Of a DNA stretch of 64,000 bases, positions 35,901 to 45,164 are shown piece after piece. The notes under the pieces were generated by a model. It ran no database searches, was not told the DNA's origin, and saw only the letters and a list, made by a program, of their open reading frames with translations. The first letter of the stretch is position 1, and each line of letters begins with the position of its first letter. Source of the stretch: Haliotis cracherodii (lineage: Eukaryota); the NCBI RefSeq assembly GCF_022045235.1, contig NW_027266269.1, positions 35,774,001 through 35,838,000 of the forward strand, read 5' to 3'. The translations under genes and the position numbers were made by a program.

Positions 35901-36134
35901 ATGTCTTCTAATGTTCAATGTTACACCCTCCAAAACAACGAATACCTTATATGTGAGAAAGTTCAATACTTGAACTATACTTGAAATAAAATCATGCATG
36001 CACATATTGAATTACGAACTTTTTGTTTACCAACTTTTATCCAGAGATTGGCCAGAGCATTCATTCCACAAGACATCAAAGATGATCTAGCAATGGACGA
36101 CAGAGAGCAAGAAACCCTGACTCAGGCGTTATAG
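14496..36134 (+). CDS. SLC6/NSS-family Na+-dependent solute transporter, copy 1, 14 coding exons, 595 aa, atypical binding site
   Basis: Exons 14496-14535, 15430-15543, 16168-16299, 17433-17733, 18443-18575, 19135-19269, 19446-19549, 30240-30364, 30880-30992, 31684-31812, 32816-32915, 33245-33345, 35248-35418, 36045-36134 join in phase (1788 nt incl. stop). SLC6 motifs: RETW, FPYLCxxNGGGAFLIPY, LPWxxCxNxWNTxxC, EEFW, RGxxLPGA, LGLD, GGIYxxxLxDxY, YPxWAxxIGW. Confidence 0.93.
14929..15207 (-). mobile_element. tRNA-derived SINE family C (other copies about 5831-6098 +, 7315-7465 -, 13985-14263 -, 37971-38245 -, 60353-60632 -, 61298-61576 -)
   Basis: Head GTGGCCCAGTCGTCTAAGG, B box GGTTCGAATCC, GGCTTTCCTCCCAC core, (ACTC)n tail; TSD-like cctaagtcagtgga on both flanks. 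Confidence 0.85.
15430..15543 (+). CDS. SLC6 copy 1 exon 2 (TM1)
   Basis: ttgcag| DKRETWGHRVDGIITLLGYSVGEGTLLKFPYLCARNGG |gtatgt. Confidence 0.93.
16168..16299 (+). CDS. SLC6 copy 1 exon 3 (TM2)
   Basis: cctcag| GAFLIPYLVFVGLCSLPLYFLEVVIGQY...CPAMK |gtattt. Confidence 0.93.
17433..17733 (+). CDS. SLC6 copy 1 exon 4 (TM3, EL2), predicted GC donor
   Basis: GLGFGSALVSWVYAMYTSMYFSWYLYYFFNSF..LPWSTCGNPWNTPSC..EEFWR; the phase requires AG|gcaggt. Confidence 0.88.
18113..18457 (+). repeat. 44-bp tandem repeat (8 units) spanning an SLC6 splice acceptor
   Basis: atattgaacatatctgttacagatttaatgcactggacatgtcg; AG ends at 18134+44n up to 18442. Confidence 0.95.
18443..18575 (+). CDS. SLC6 copy 1 exon 5 (TM4)
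   Basis: FNALEISNGLDDAGSIRWPLFGCLALTYVAMYFMLLRGIRVTGK |gtactt. Confidence 0.9.
19135..19269 (+). CDS. SLC6 copy 1 exon 6 (TM5)
   Basis: tttcag| IVYVTFMLPLIL...[27 protein letters not shown] |gtaggt. Confidence 0.92.
19446..19549 (+). CDS. SLC6 copy 1 exon 7 (TM6)
   Basis: ccacag| MWIEACGYALHSMGTSKGIANTVSSHNQPNSNCYR |gtgagt. Confidence 0.9.
19604..20188 (+). repeat. Left terminal inverted repeat of Maverick
   Basis: Reverse complement of 29274-29805; contains 39-bp tandem units and (GTT)n, (GGT)n, (GGGA)n tracts. Confidence 0.95.
20254..20514 (-). CDS. Maverick 86-aa orphan protein
   Basis: ATG in aaccATG context; preceded on minus by TATAAAAAG (20573-20565) and CAGT 31 nt later, matching the other viral promoters. 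Confidence 0.55.
   Translation of the reverse strand: MSSRCNCLTCQTNSQQCQRRMKVYSWTIVGYPRGESETILSQSPHWFKNKSEAMSALQQTIQRRIDIPDCWGGPYYYLVSRSRKVM
20810..21514 (+). CDS. FtsK-HerA/A32-like genome-packaging ATPase
   Basis: Walker A GPTGSGKS, Walker B LVIDDL, SHHRN, YLTQNLF, FKNPRD, PYTYLFLDL. Confidence 0.95.
   Translation: MASHDDEEVMTSPLTLRHPFTMFIAGPTGSGKSSFVKSCMEQMHHPEVLDTSPHRIVWVYSEWQPLHHELEEIADHLGVALEFVHSMKQADRALPEKGVAPRWLVIDDLLGDNTKEEETEVLRWFTKKSHHRNTSVLYLTQNLFAQSPQHRTINLNAHYMVLFKNPRDASQIDSLARQVFPGKVPFLREAYEDATREPYTYLFLDLKPTTLQDHRVRARLFSRSELPLVYVLIL
21580..22248 (+). CDS. Basic protein containing a PW-like domain (paralog of the next gene)
   Basis: VRNLRAGHIPL..LQRH..L..LMQRSGSGTLAGVL aligns with the adjacent 109-aa protein; has its own TATA/Inr. 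Confidence 0.72.
   Translation: MGQRRKQVHPTKGKNKDKEMVNDVYDSMVSPSSLQGLVTSVFHKYVRQQDTPQRKKKDKRQSIFPTRDATTLAVKGRNRLLQWFAIVVRNLRAGHIPLKAQHKTWLQRHNDTLTKIVNPRLPMDERLDYLMQRSGSGTLAGVLTRILLQWQNYLQAPLLKQGNTRRHRPTTKTTMTTKPKVKAHENVMKAYQADALRRLVHMRTQRKSKKSDQQLQLPPATA
22308..22637 (+). CDS. Polinton PW-type small basic virion protein with C-terminal amphipathic peptide
   Basis: RKAILKHA..DLIRALCECVVNLYAGNIP..KKRKLLQHGGGLLGGLIPLIGSAL; adenain-type QxGG site. Confidence 0.85.
   Translation: MSQCLRKQKHALCHLCAAAPAMRKAILKHAPTDLIRALCECVVNLYAGNIPMTTTQRQNLQRHGKVLNTLMKKQVPLSKKRKLLQHGGGLLGGLIPLIGSALASLFGGK
22687..23682 (+). CDS. Polinton PZ-type protein with low-complexity C-terminus
   Basis: GCCACCATG Kozak; MKYARKMVLV, YNQLLQ, LSWxxEGxLxVEGxxVPGTHMVDLI, PAGW, VPxEIIGN; poly-Q/R/E/P tracts. 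Confidence 0.85.
   Translation: MKYARKMVLVSEDTWQSLQATKQRHRQTLHTPLLEKKRLQNLEEMDALMQRSQQPFHMREQEYNQLLQHMLELQRQQHNNNHNHNSNTIKPLQPKVTPPLPPSSPSTMDTTGRPAPPQQVIDEVVMSVPKAMSSKAMNLMTRIQNNPDLSWAPEGTLTVEGKPVPGTHMVDLINDLVRHRKTKEGPAGWTILSHHLANSHVPHEIIGNPQRWQWMQKQQQQQHHPHATPETPITQFSLPTFSPQSHKERRRRRRRRQLDPQAEEEEEEEEEEEEEEEDEMPPPPPSWQVDPTVEEEKDVMSIPWLMTPPPSDTKQDRVINRRGSWIPFSTT
23756..25024 (+). CDS. Retroviral-type (RVE) integrase with C-terminal chromodomain
   Basis: YTLHKP, WQADL, IDVFSK, QTDKGREF, VVERFQRTLK (D-D-E intact), FEKGYLPNWTTELF, VKWTGYPASFNSW. Confidence 0.96.
   Translation: MKRQTKTRQSILPSAAAAGKQNKGFPTSLWTAWLEKTYFHPEHPASFGGWRPLWKAARIHAQDARTSKSKKKTKPSQSQIKRWLQTKSTYTLHKPARRSFPRDHYRVGGVDELWQADLSDMIAFQDDNEGFKYLLCVIDVFSKMAWVQPLKAKSSSALTEGFQTLLMQQAKDRLPPQLQTDKGREFVNRPFQALMTKHGIHFYTSQNPETKAAVVERFQRTLKNKMWRYFTQHGTRHYLKVLPQLIKSYNRRVHRTIGQRPVDVLPGDPLSEIWVLDYMEEKQQQRLQRKKKITAQRLSSPKTRSPSLLLPGTRVRLNKTKGTFEKGYLPNWTTELFTVDRLVTGRIPPVYRIKDDHGEVLQGTFYPEELQPILKTDDVYAVDRMLKRRPGPKQGQEEVLVKWTGYPASFNSWIPADHLQIK
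25070..25462 (+). CDS. Small two-TM membrane protein of Maverick
   Basis: RSEVVFFAQIIVIYGVIIMSMVQL and LWTALLSSCLGYILAPP hydrophobic helices; has its own TATA/Inr. Confidence 0.75.
   Translation: MTEPPPPPPPSSPLQRSLSASVGTDEPPLAAAPRHQQRRHSPWCCLGMTLPRSEVVFFAQIIVIYGVIIMSMVQLALDHGEKQLWTALLSSCLGYILAPPTLAASPGIPTTTPSTRRLQLDTSSTQSFLP
25474..26519 (+). pseudogene. Minor capsid protein (penton, PX), disrupted
   Basis: FYMTLPSDASxxxYPNNT..WEVGVSE at the N-terminus; YIYTNLVEDQIVGN..PLL..VTLHFRR at the C-terminus; in-frame TGA at 25981 and a frameshift near 26130-26175. Confidence 0.9.
26533..26916 (+). CDS. Basic core protein (adenovirus pVII/pX-like) with protease sites
   Basis: Two QRGSG motifs followed by amphipathic LGGILKMALPFLKS; K/R-rich tail. 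Confidence 0.8.
   Translation: MLGHAMAHQMNRGQFGQRGSGIKVYKGRYHQRGSGLGGILKMALPFLKSAGTSVLKMGKKILPGLVSDVVGGKRKWSESLKHRGTAALMDVLEEREEPRPPKSRKVVPTTTTTTTTHHQRKRKRKTV
26992..28320 (+). pseudogene. Major capsid protein (double jelly-roll hexon, PY), one in-frame stop
   Basis: ECSKAQLDLFTIPP, YIDL, YPYRAYLETLLSY, GRLHCDLFLQDRYL, GQLPKRVVLGLV, NPYNFKH, DLTPD; TGA at 27418-27420 with the same frame continuing. Confidence 0.93.
28374..28952 (+). pseudogene. Adenain-like cysteine maturation protease, one in-frame stop
   Basis: INTDxxxxPGTHW (His), DSYG (Asp), Q..STLCGVYC (Cys); TAA at 28698-28700 immediately before the conserved Gln. Confidence 0.92.
29274..29805 (-). repeat. Right terminal inverted repeat of Maverick
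   Basis: Reverse complement of 19604-20188 with shorter microsatellite tracts. Confidence 0.95.
29910..29957. repeat. (CT)n microsatellite
   Basis: Directly visible. Confidence 0.95.
30240..30364 (+). CDS. SLC6 copy 1 exon 8 (TM7)
   Basis: ttaccag| VALIACIVDPLITIFCGLSIFTVLGHMAYVTG..QSS |gtttgt. Confidence 0.92.
30880..30992 (+). CDS. SLC6 copy 1 exon 9 (EL4, TM8)
   Basis: tttttag| GLNLAFSVLPEAVTYLPLPQLWSVLVFVMMMTLGLDTT |gtaaaa. Confidence 0.92.
31684..31812 (+). CDS. SLC6 copy 1 exon 10 (TM9)
   Basis: tcacag| MPSLEILSETLSDQFPKL..LTLPYTTQ |gtattc. Confidence 0.9.
32816..32915 (+). CDS. SLC6 copy 1 exon 11 (TM10)
   Basis: tcgcag| GGIYLLTLVDWYSAVPPVMLFGVVECLVLAWVV |gtaaga. Confidence 0.92.
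33245..33345 (+). CDS. SLC6 copy 1 exon 12 (TM11)
   Basis: ttacag| GVIRLDMCTVEMYGKTIPRWLTFLIKYITPGLLM |gtgagg. Confidence 0.88.
35248..35418 (+). CDS. SLC6 copy 1 exon 13 (TM12)
   Basis: ttccag| TILVYAFYVYRPPKYGDYFYPEWATVIGW..SVKQ |gtaaca. Confidence 0.92.
36045..36134 (+). CDS. SLC6 copy 1 terminal exon
   Basis: tatccag| RLARAFIPQDIKDDLAMDDREQETLTQAL-TAG. Confidence 0.82.
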   Translation, partial: RLARAFIPQDIKDDLAMDDREQETLTQAL

Positions 36135-36419
36135 ACAATATTAACTGTAGTAAAAGAGTGTCATGCCTCTCTCGCTCAAAGAGCAGAGTTACAAGACTCA
36201 AGGCCTTAGTAACGCTTTCAAAAAGCTGTGTATGATATAGTCGGAATCGTACAATGGACTATTCTTTCTTCTATTTGCTTTTTGGGTGGTTTTGGGAACG
36301 AAGATACGTTTTGATTTGTAGTATTTTCCTTCTCTCAACATATGGGATCCTTGTTCAGAATATGCAGATTGGTTTCTTAACACAAGGGAAGTTTCTGAGT
36401 ACGAACTGCTCAAATTTGC

Positions 36420-37100
36420 TGAAGCTGTGATTTTGTCACGTGATGAAGCTGTGATTTTGTCCCATGATATAGCTGTGATTTTGTCACGTGATGAAGCTGT
36501 GATTTTGTCACGTGATGAAGCTGTGATTTTGTCACGTGATGAAGCTGTGATTTTGTCCCATAATATAGCTGTGATTTTGTCACGTGATGAAGCTGTGGTT
36601 TTGTCCCATAATATAGCTGTGATTTTGTCACGTGATGAAGCTGTGATTTTGTCACGTGATGAAGCTGTGATTTTGTCCCATAATATAGCTGTGATTTAGT
36701 CACGTGATGAAGCTGTGATTTTGTCCCATAATGTAGCTGTGATTTTGTCACGTGATGAAGCTGTGATTATTTTCACGTGATGAAGGTGTGATTTGGTCAA
36801 TTGTTGAATGTGTGATTTTATCACATGATAATGCTGTAGTGTTTGAAGGAGCTGTAATATTGTAAATATGATAAACCTGTAATTTTGCTGACATGACGAA
36901 GCTGTAATATTGCTGATTCAATGAATCTGTAATATTGTAATTATGATAATGCTGTAATTTTGTCACATGATTTAGCTGTGATTTTGTCACATGATTAAGC
37001 TGTGATTTTTGTCACATGATTAAGCTGTGATTTTGTCACATGATTAAGCTGTGATTTTTGTCACATGATGTAACTTTAATTTTGTCACGATGAAGATGTA
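36420..37100. repeat. 24-bp minisatellite downstream of the SLC6 stop
   Basis: gctgtgattttgtcacgtgatgaa and variants. Confidence 0.92.
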
Positions 37101-37219
37101 ATATTGTAAATTTGATAACGCTCTAATTTTTACGACACGACGAAGCTTTAATATTGCTGATACAATGAAGCCGTAATATTGTAATTATGATAATGCTGTA
37201 ATTTTATACTAATTCAACC

Positions 37220-40200
37220 CCCTTCGAGGGCACAGCTACAAACAATCTAGGTTAATAATTATACTACCATTTCGTAAAAAAATATCTATGTACATCAACA
37301 TTTATCAATTAATTCTATTTCTTTAAAAAACCTATGATTAAAAGAGAACTTAGATCAATAAAAAGATCCTTTATGGATGAAACTTTGAAATATTGATCCC
37401 TTGTAATGTCAAAATCAATTTAGTGAAGCAGTATGTGCTTGACTGATTCTCTCATCAAAAGGGATACAAAATGGAGGATCTTCACCTTTTAATAGATATG
37501 TGTGTATATATCTTGAATGTCAATACGACATCGTCGTAAAATGACCTCTTCAGATCTGGACTGACAATCCAAGTAGGTGTAACCGACAGTTGGCTTAATT
37601 TGATGTAATTTATTGATACCTACTTGGGTGTCCCACTTCTTGTGCATAAGATCTCGGATGTAACATCTGATCACAGGTTTATAATCAGTGTATAGAAATA
37701 GAAGTGGTGTCTCAGATTTGTTGAGTGCAGAAGCATCAGCCATCATGTTGCCTTTTATGTCAACATGACTGGGCAACCAACAAAAAAATGTCGTATTGGC
37801 CAGTTGAAAGATCATTTTAAAGTTTTAAAATACCTAAAATAATTGGATGATTAGAACAGACATTTTTGTGATTTATAAACAAGATAAAGAATCAGAAAAG
37901 ATGAAAAAAAGTTTTTTTAATTTTAATACTGAGGCTGTGAGGATTTCATTGGCATCCGCTGTAAAAATAGAGTGAGTGAGTTGGGTTTAACGCCGCTTTT
38001 AACAGTATTCAAGTTATACCATGGCGTGTCAGCTTAATGTGGGAGGAAAGCCCGAAGTGATGCAAGTCTCAGACGTTTACCACTTCGGTGAAACCTACGA
38101 GCACGGGTATGGTGATGACAAACGTAGAAACATAATCGGGGCGAACCGGGATTCAATCACAATCATAGGTTTCTGGCGTGCCCAAGGGAGGCAACTCCGC
38201 ACAGCGAATCGCAGCGCCTTAGACGACTGGGCCACCCGTGCACCCTGTGAAAATAGAGCATCCTTGGATCCATCAGTAATGATTGAACGGTGAGGGTCGT
38301 ATTTATTTCTTAATTGCAAATATTCCTGTTGATACACCAGTTGATTAGTTTCAAATTTTATATAACGTGTGAGGGATATGTCTACTTCTGGCCTCACCAA
38401 CTGCCAGGGAGAAGACAAAAGTCGGCAAGGAGAGATAATATCTAAATCTATATCAGCATTAATAACATAAAATTCCAAGTGAGGGAGTCAGCTTTGGTTT
38501 TCTCTGAAACCGTTCTTCATATAGGGGATGAAAAACGGGGATGAGTTATAGGCAGGATATGAAGGGTTTGAGTGTAATTTAGAGATATATTGAAGAGATA
38601 ACTTAATACCGCGTTGTTTCAAAGAGGGTTCATCAACCTTGACATAGAGGCCGTCAACAGGAAAAGCACCAAGGCAGAGTCTAAGTCCTTGATGGTGGAT
38701 TACATCTAGCTTTTTTAAATTACTCTTGCAAGCTCCAGCATACACAATGGAGCCATCGTCCAACTTAGAGCGGATTAATGATCTATATAAGTGAAGGAGA
38801 GTTGTCTGATCCCCTCCCCACTTAGAATTCGAGACGACTTTTAACAAATATAGGGCCTTCAGGCATTTTGTCTTTAAATATTTAATATGTGGCAAAAAAT
38901 GTCAAATGGTGGTCGAAGATCAAATTTTGGCTTATTTTACAACCTTAATTGGAGTGCCATCAGAAAAGAGCTCTGGGTCTGTATGGGGTTTATATTTCCG
39001 ACAGAAATGTATACTATTTGTCTTTGTCTGTGAAAAGTTATATCCATTCTCAAGACACCATTTATGAATTTTATGAAGACACAACTGGAATTGTCTTTCA
39101 ATGGTACGCATATTTTTACAACGACATGAAATATAAACGTCATCCACAAACAATGATCCATCAATTGAGTCATTTAATACTTTAAATAAACTATTTATTT
39201 TTATACTAAACAATGTGAGACAAAATACTGCCCTGTGGAACCTCCTAATCCTGATTTTAGAGATTAGACAGGGTTGATCCAACACGAACTTGAAATTGTC
39301 TGTCTGTTAAAAACTGCGCTACAAATTGAGGCAAGCAGCCTCTTAAACCAAAGTCATGTAAATCTTTTAAAATGCCATGCTTCAAAGTGGTATCATAAGC
39401 TTTTTCAAGATTAAAAAAAGGATAGATACAGCTTGTTGTTTATTTACATAAGCATTTTTAACAAATGATTCAAAACGAACCAAATGGTCAATTGTACTTC
39501 GTTTTTTAGGAAAACCGCCTTGGAAATATTCCATCATGTTATAGGTGGATCACTGGTGGGATTAATAGCTGTAATTACTGTCGGAAAATGGTCACTGCCA
39601 TCATGAAGGTCATCATGAACTGACCATTCAAATTCATTGTATATATTTGAATCTGTGTTTGACAGATATAATGCAGAGTATGTTACGGTTGCAGGATGGA
39701 AATAAGCGTTCGAGCCATAATTGAATATGCCTAAATTACTATTTGAAATGAAGTCTTCAATTAGTTTCCCTTTATTGTTGGTAACAGAACTTCCCCATAG
39801 AGGGTTATTTCCATTAAGATCACCCATGATGATACAGGGCTCAGGAAGTTGGTCAAATAAATCCTGAAGATTTGAAGATGGAGAAATATACAAGGAACAA
39901 AGTGTGAAGGGTTATTTGTAAAGTGAGACGAACAGCAACAGCCCAATGGCTGCAGTTTAGAGAAACGGGGCGGTGCCCAGTGGCTTTATCACCCGGTGGT
40001 GAAAAAGAATGATAAGAAATATTCTGATGCATTTCAAATTTATCATTTTGTTTAAGATATGTTTCTTGTAAACTAAATGCTCACAGTTGAAAATCTTGTG
40101 CTAATAATTGTGCTTCATTAACATTGTTCCAAAGTCCTCTGCAGTTCCACTGAATTAAATTTGGAGAAATTTGGCTCATGGAGGTTCTATAGCGGATCTT

Positions 40201-40710
40201 TCACGTGTACGTGAGGAGGATGGACTCCTATTTCTGAGTTCTGAAGATGACGTCACTTCCATCTCCAGAGGGTCAAAGAAGTTACAAACCTCTACAGTAG
40301 AGGGGATTTGAGATTGTTGTCGCCGATTTTGACGCCTTTTTTGTTTTTTTGACAATTCAACATATGTATCATCATCAACAGCTGGTTGGATAACTTCAGG
40401 GTGTGACTTTGAAGATGATAGATCGCAATTTACGCATTTAGAATCTTTACTGCATTCGGAGCCTTGGTGATCCTCACTACAACGGTGACAATGTGGAGCA
40501 TTATGGCAAGATTTGGAACCATGTCCAAACTTTTGACAGGTATAACACCCCCACTCCAATATTAAAATAAATAAAATAAAATAAATAATATCGATTTTGG
40601 CACAGTACATGAAGCAAAACTAAGCAAGTACCTGTTGCTTTGTTCTATTCTACCATCTTGTTTCTTGAAAGTGAAGCGCTTGACAGAAGTAACATCTTGA
40701 TCTGTAAGTA
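37220..40710 (-). mobile_element. Decayed I-group (Nimb-like) LINE
   Basis: ORF1 CCHC knuckles (CYTCQKFGH..C), APE (GDLNGNNPLWGS, SDHFP), RT (SLFVDD; LYRSLIRSKLD), RNase H (TDGSK; WLPSHVDIKGN); many stops and frameshifts; SINE C inserted at 37971-38245. Confidence 0.88.
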
Positions 40711-41256
40711 CAAGTAAAGCAACTAAATTTCAAAAGAACATTTTATAATAACCCTGATACACAGCTTGTGCACAAATTGCAACATAACAATATTCATGTT
40801 ATGGGTGAAATGCATGAAAGACGCCGCCACTTTGGCAGCATGGGCGTTAATTAACACCAGTTAACCAGAAGATTTTACTGCTGTGACACCAAGTTCCCAG
40901 AGACTCTTGTGTGAAAGATGAAGACCAACATTTATCAAGGAAATTATTTGCTTGTTAAACATCTTTGCTACTACATGTTTGGCTATACACCATTTGAAGG
41001 GTCTAATTGATCCTACTGTTTATGAATATGAAAGTTATGTCATTATTTAAAGAATTTATTTACAACTTAATTAAATTTTAAAAAGATGTAAGCTAACACA
41101 TTCATAACGTTCAGATTAAGGACCAAGTTAGTGAAAATTTAACGATTTTCGGGAAATGTAAGATTTAATAAAATCAACTTTATTGTTTTCGTATTCGGAA
41201 AATTATTTCAAAAAGAATTACAAATAGTATCTGTCATCACCCAATTTGGAGATAAT

Positions 41257-41355
41257 CCTACTGTGTTTTGAAATTTGATGTAGTCCCACTGTAGAGTAGA
41301 TACCTCTTTATTATAATTTGGAGTGGGACTACATCAAATTTCAAAACACAGTAGG
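41257..41355. repeat. Perfect 34-bp inverted repeat with 31-nt spacer
   Basis: cctactgtgttttgaaatttgatgtagtcccact / agtgggactacatcaaatttcaaaacacagtagg. Confidence 0.9.
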
Positions 41356-43458
41356 TTCATATCCATTCTACCATGATGGCAACAACGCTTTGAAAACGGT
41401 GCTCTCTTGCAACGCGTAACAACACAGTTACACAAATCAGCAATCTTAGAACATTCCAAAAAGTGGTCACAGGTAGTTGTTATATTTGAAACAATTATTA
41501 CTAAAATAGTTCAAAATATGTGCTCAAAACACATAGCATTTCAAAAGAAGTTGACAATTAACTCTCCAAACTTAGTCCAAAAACAGATGTTTTAATTTCT
41601 ACCAACCTGTTGTACACTGTTGTACACTGTGGACTGACTGTCAATTCTTGCAATTTTGCGAGAGAGGTAATTATTTGGAAATCGAACATGCCATAAATTC
41701 TATTGTAGGGGTGACAGGTTGTAGGAAAAGGTTTAAACTGCTAAACGAATATATTTCTACAAAAAACTTTTTGAATTAACATTCTGTTTTACATTCAACA
41801 TGTGTAAGTGTTATTAGTTAGTTTGCAATAACCCCCAGTAAACAATAATAACATCAAAATAAATGGCTCTCCACCCCGAACTTGGATGTGGCAGAACTTG
41901 ACCTACATCACGGTTACACACATCTCGCAGCTGTCAATGGCTGACAATCTTGTGTTTACATTCTCCGTTGCTAGTTAAATGAGGCAAGATGACAACCCCG
42001 ATCTATGATGTGGTTCAACATTAACTGTAGATTTACTGCGAATGATCGAGCCTGCTGGTACAATATGATTACCAATGGAACTGAGTATGACTGAACAGCC
42101 ACTTTTTAGGCTGCAGACGAGTCGGACATTTTGACACGAGGTAGGGCCTATCTCAGTATCTGCATGGTGTTTTTGTGGACTTCCGAAGGGGAGTGTTTTC
42201 TGATGGACTTTCAAATCCCCTCCTGCCAAATTCTAACTGTGGTGGTTGACGGAGATTGCAAAGCATATCGATCACAAAAAGGTTTGTAAACAACATGTTG
42301 TCATGAATAAAAAAATTCACACAATTTGTATAATGTTATATTTTACTTTCATTGTCGTTTGTTTCAATGAACAAATAGCTTAAATTGTTCCGATTCTGGC
42401 CACCATAGAACATTTCCCTAACAGTTTCATGAACATTTCATTTGTATGCAAAAGATATGCCTTCGTTAAATCTTTTAATGTCATCATCGAAAGCAGTCAG
42501 GTTTGCAGCCTAGAACGCCCAAAACATCCGATATCAAACTACCATATTTGATGCTATGCCGTCTATTAATTTTTGCGAGAGCCCTTGACTTGACTTCTAT
42601 AGAACGCATTCATCAATATCATGGTAGAATTCCCAATAATAGTGGCTGTCCGCACACTAACATGAGGAAAAACCTCCGTTTTCGAAGCTTCGTTTGAATA
42701 ACAAGCTTATATTGTTTCACCGACATAATGATAATAGTAACATCACCTGGAGGCTTTTCAGCTGTAACAGCCGATTTCATTGGATAAAAATTGGTTTCTA
42801 GTTATGCTTTCTTGCCGAAATCTGCTACAAGGTTCGTGATTGGTCAAATTTAAGCACGTGACCTAATGCAGCCAATCAAATTACAGCATTGGTACCGTCC
42901 TCGTGTATGATGATTAGACAGTCTACAGGCCTGCGGTGTTGAAAGAGTGAAACTGGTCACCACTGCGCTTTGCGTTCATGCGTTTCGACGAAATTAGAGA
43001 AGGATCACAGCAAGAAATATCAGAGTGACTTTCCTTTGCTTTACACTCGCGGAGGAAATGAAATTCATTTTTTGTTTGAACCTTTTTTATGCATTGTTTA
43101 AAGTAAAGATCGACGGTAATAAAAAAATGAGTAATATTTATTTTTATTTTTTTTCAACATTTGGATTTTGAAAGAGCGACGCATCTGTAAACCAAGCAAA
43201 TGAACAAAATGTCGCCTAAATGTTCATGAATAAAAGTTTCTGTGGATCCATGGCTTATACCTGTGTCTTCCTGAAGTTCAGCAATGGTTGTACGTCTATC
43301 TGTCAGTCTTTGGTTTCTGTGTCCTTGATTGAATCTTCATTGATGGAAGTTGAGGGACGTCACCATCAAGGCTTGTTCTCCTAGACTTAAACATATCTCA
43401 CTAAAGATTAACAGTGGAATAGCTAAAAAGGAAAATGACGCACTTCCTCACGTATATA

Positions 43459-43728
43459 GACCCAAAAAGATTCCAGGGTGGAATAGGTCTTCAGCAACCC
43501 ATGCTTGCCGTAAAAGGTGACTATGCTTGTCGTAAGAGGCGACTAACGGGATCGGGTGGTCAGGTTCGCCGACTTGGTCGATGCATGTCATCGATCCCAA
43601 TTGCGTGGATCGATGATCATGATATTAATCACTGGATTGTCTGGTCCAGACTCGATTATTTACAGACCGTCGTCATATAGCTTGAATAATGCTGAGTGCG
43701 GCGTTAAACAACAAACCAACCAACCAAC
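43459..43728 (+). mobile_element. Retroposon family B without Pol III boxes (other copies about 305-573 -, 3960-4222, 9610-9880 -, 10007-10262, 13590-13740 -, 17181-17340, 30390-30662 -, 35615-35840, 48975-49290, 49628-49885, 56445-56683, 59960-60108 -)
   Basis: Consensus head GACCCGTGAAGATCC..GTCGTAAGAGGCGACTAA, 3' tail shared with family A, (AAAC)n end. Confidence 0.85.
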
Positions 43729-45164
43729 CTCACGTATGTATGAATCTCGCAAAAATATATTTTACAAATCACTTACTTATTTAACTCTTTTGGGTGGAAT
43801 GTGCTTTATTGCCTTATCTTTATCTTTGAAACAATCAGAATGTGATGCTACATTGTTGCTCACTAAATATTATAGTTTTGAGACGCCCAACTACAATCGT
43901 GTGTTAATAAGTTAAGAACTGTAACGCTAATGGCGTTTGATGAAAATAAAACAGGTTTTCAATCTCAAGGTATTATTTTATATACAGGTACAGTTGAACA
44001 AAACGAATAAGTTAACATTTAACGTCGCGTCAGCAATATCCCAGCCATGTAGCGATGGAAGCATATTGTATATCATGAAAAGTAGAATACATCTTCAGCC
44101 ACACATGCTTGCCGGTAGAGGCGACTAACGGGATCGGGTGGCCAGGCTTGGTGACTTCGTTTATGCATGTCATCGATATCAATTTCATAGATCGATGCCC
44201 ATGATGTCAACTACTGGATTGTCTGGTACAGACTCAAATATTTACCGACCGCCGTCGTATAGCTGGAATATTGCTGAGTGTGGCGTTAAACAACAAACAA
44301 ACCAACATCAAAACATACAGTGAAGTTGTAGAGTACAATCACAGATGCAACGTATCTAGACAACCACCTAACTTCAATAAATGCATGGTATTTGAACACA
44401 TATTCCTGATATATAGTCGACACAGGTGGTCCAGACTCGATTATTTACAGACCGCCGTTATGTAGCTGGAATATTGCTGAGTGTGGCGTTAAACAACTAT
44501 GGAATTATGACAATGGAATATATATTAAACTACATTGTTCGTGCTGATCTATACATGTATAATCAGTCTTTTACGTGTGCCAGGTTACATTTTCACAATG
44601 ACATCGTTACGATCTGATTGAGAAAAGAAGTATAAGTTTGTGGCAAGATGTTACTGTGGCCAGAGTGTTTTGGCGCAAATGTACGAAAGGCAACGGTCTG
44701 TGGATCGGACACATCCTTCATTGACATCATGAGCAGCGATCTGCGTATTTAGGTTACAATAACATGTATCAACCAAGACAGCGAGTCTGACCACCTGATC
44801 CCATTAGTCGCCTCTTACGACAAGTATGGGTTGCTGTAGACAAAGTCTGACTCAGAATCTTCACGGGACACCTATCACAGCTGATATCAACGCGTGTGAT
44901 TCTCCTGAATATGGAACAAGTGCATCTGTCAATTCAATTTATTCTACCACAGTTCTCATCTTATTAAATTAGTGTTTCATGACAGCTCGAATATTCGTGC
45001 TTACCAGCCAGCATCTCAACCAACATAAAATAGGAACAAAAAAGGGAGCTAATGAAATGAGAGCGAAGGTGCAATGACGAAAATATCAATTTGATCATAA
45101 TTTCAAAGTGAAGTTTTAAATTAAAATTAATTTCGAGCGTGTAGATCAATCAATACCTGGTGGA

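Noticed and set aside
42770-42900. Cluster of CCAAT boxes and an E-box as a promoter
   Set aside because: No associated gene or exon could be identified.
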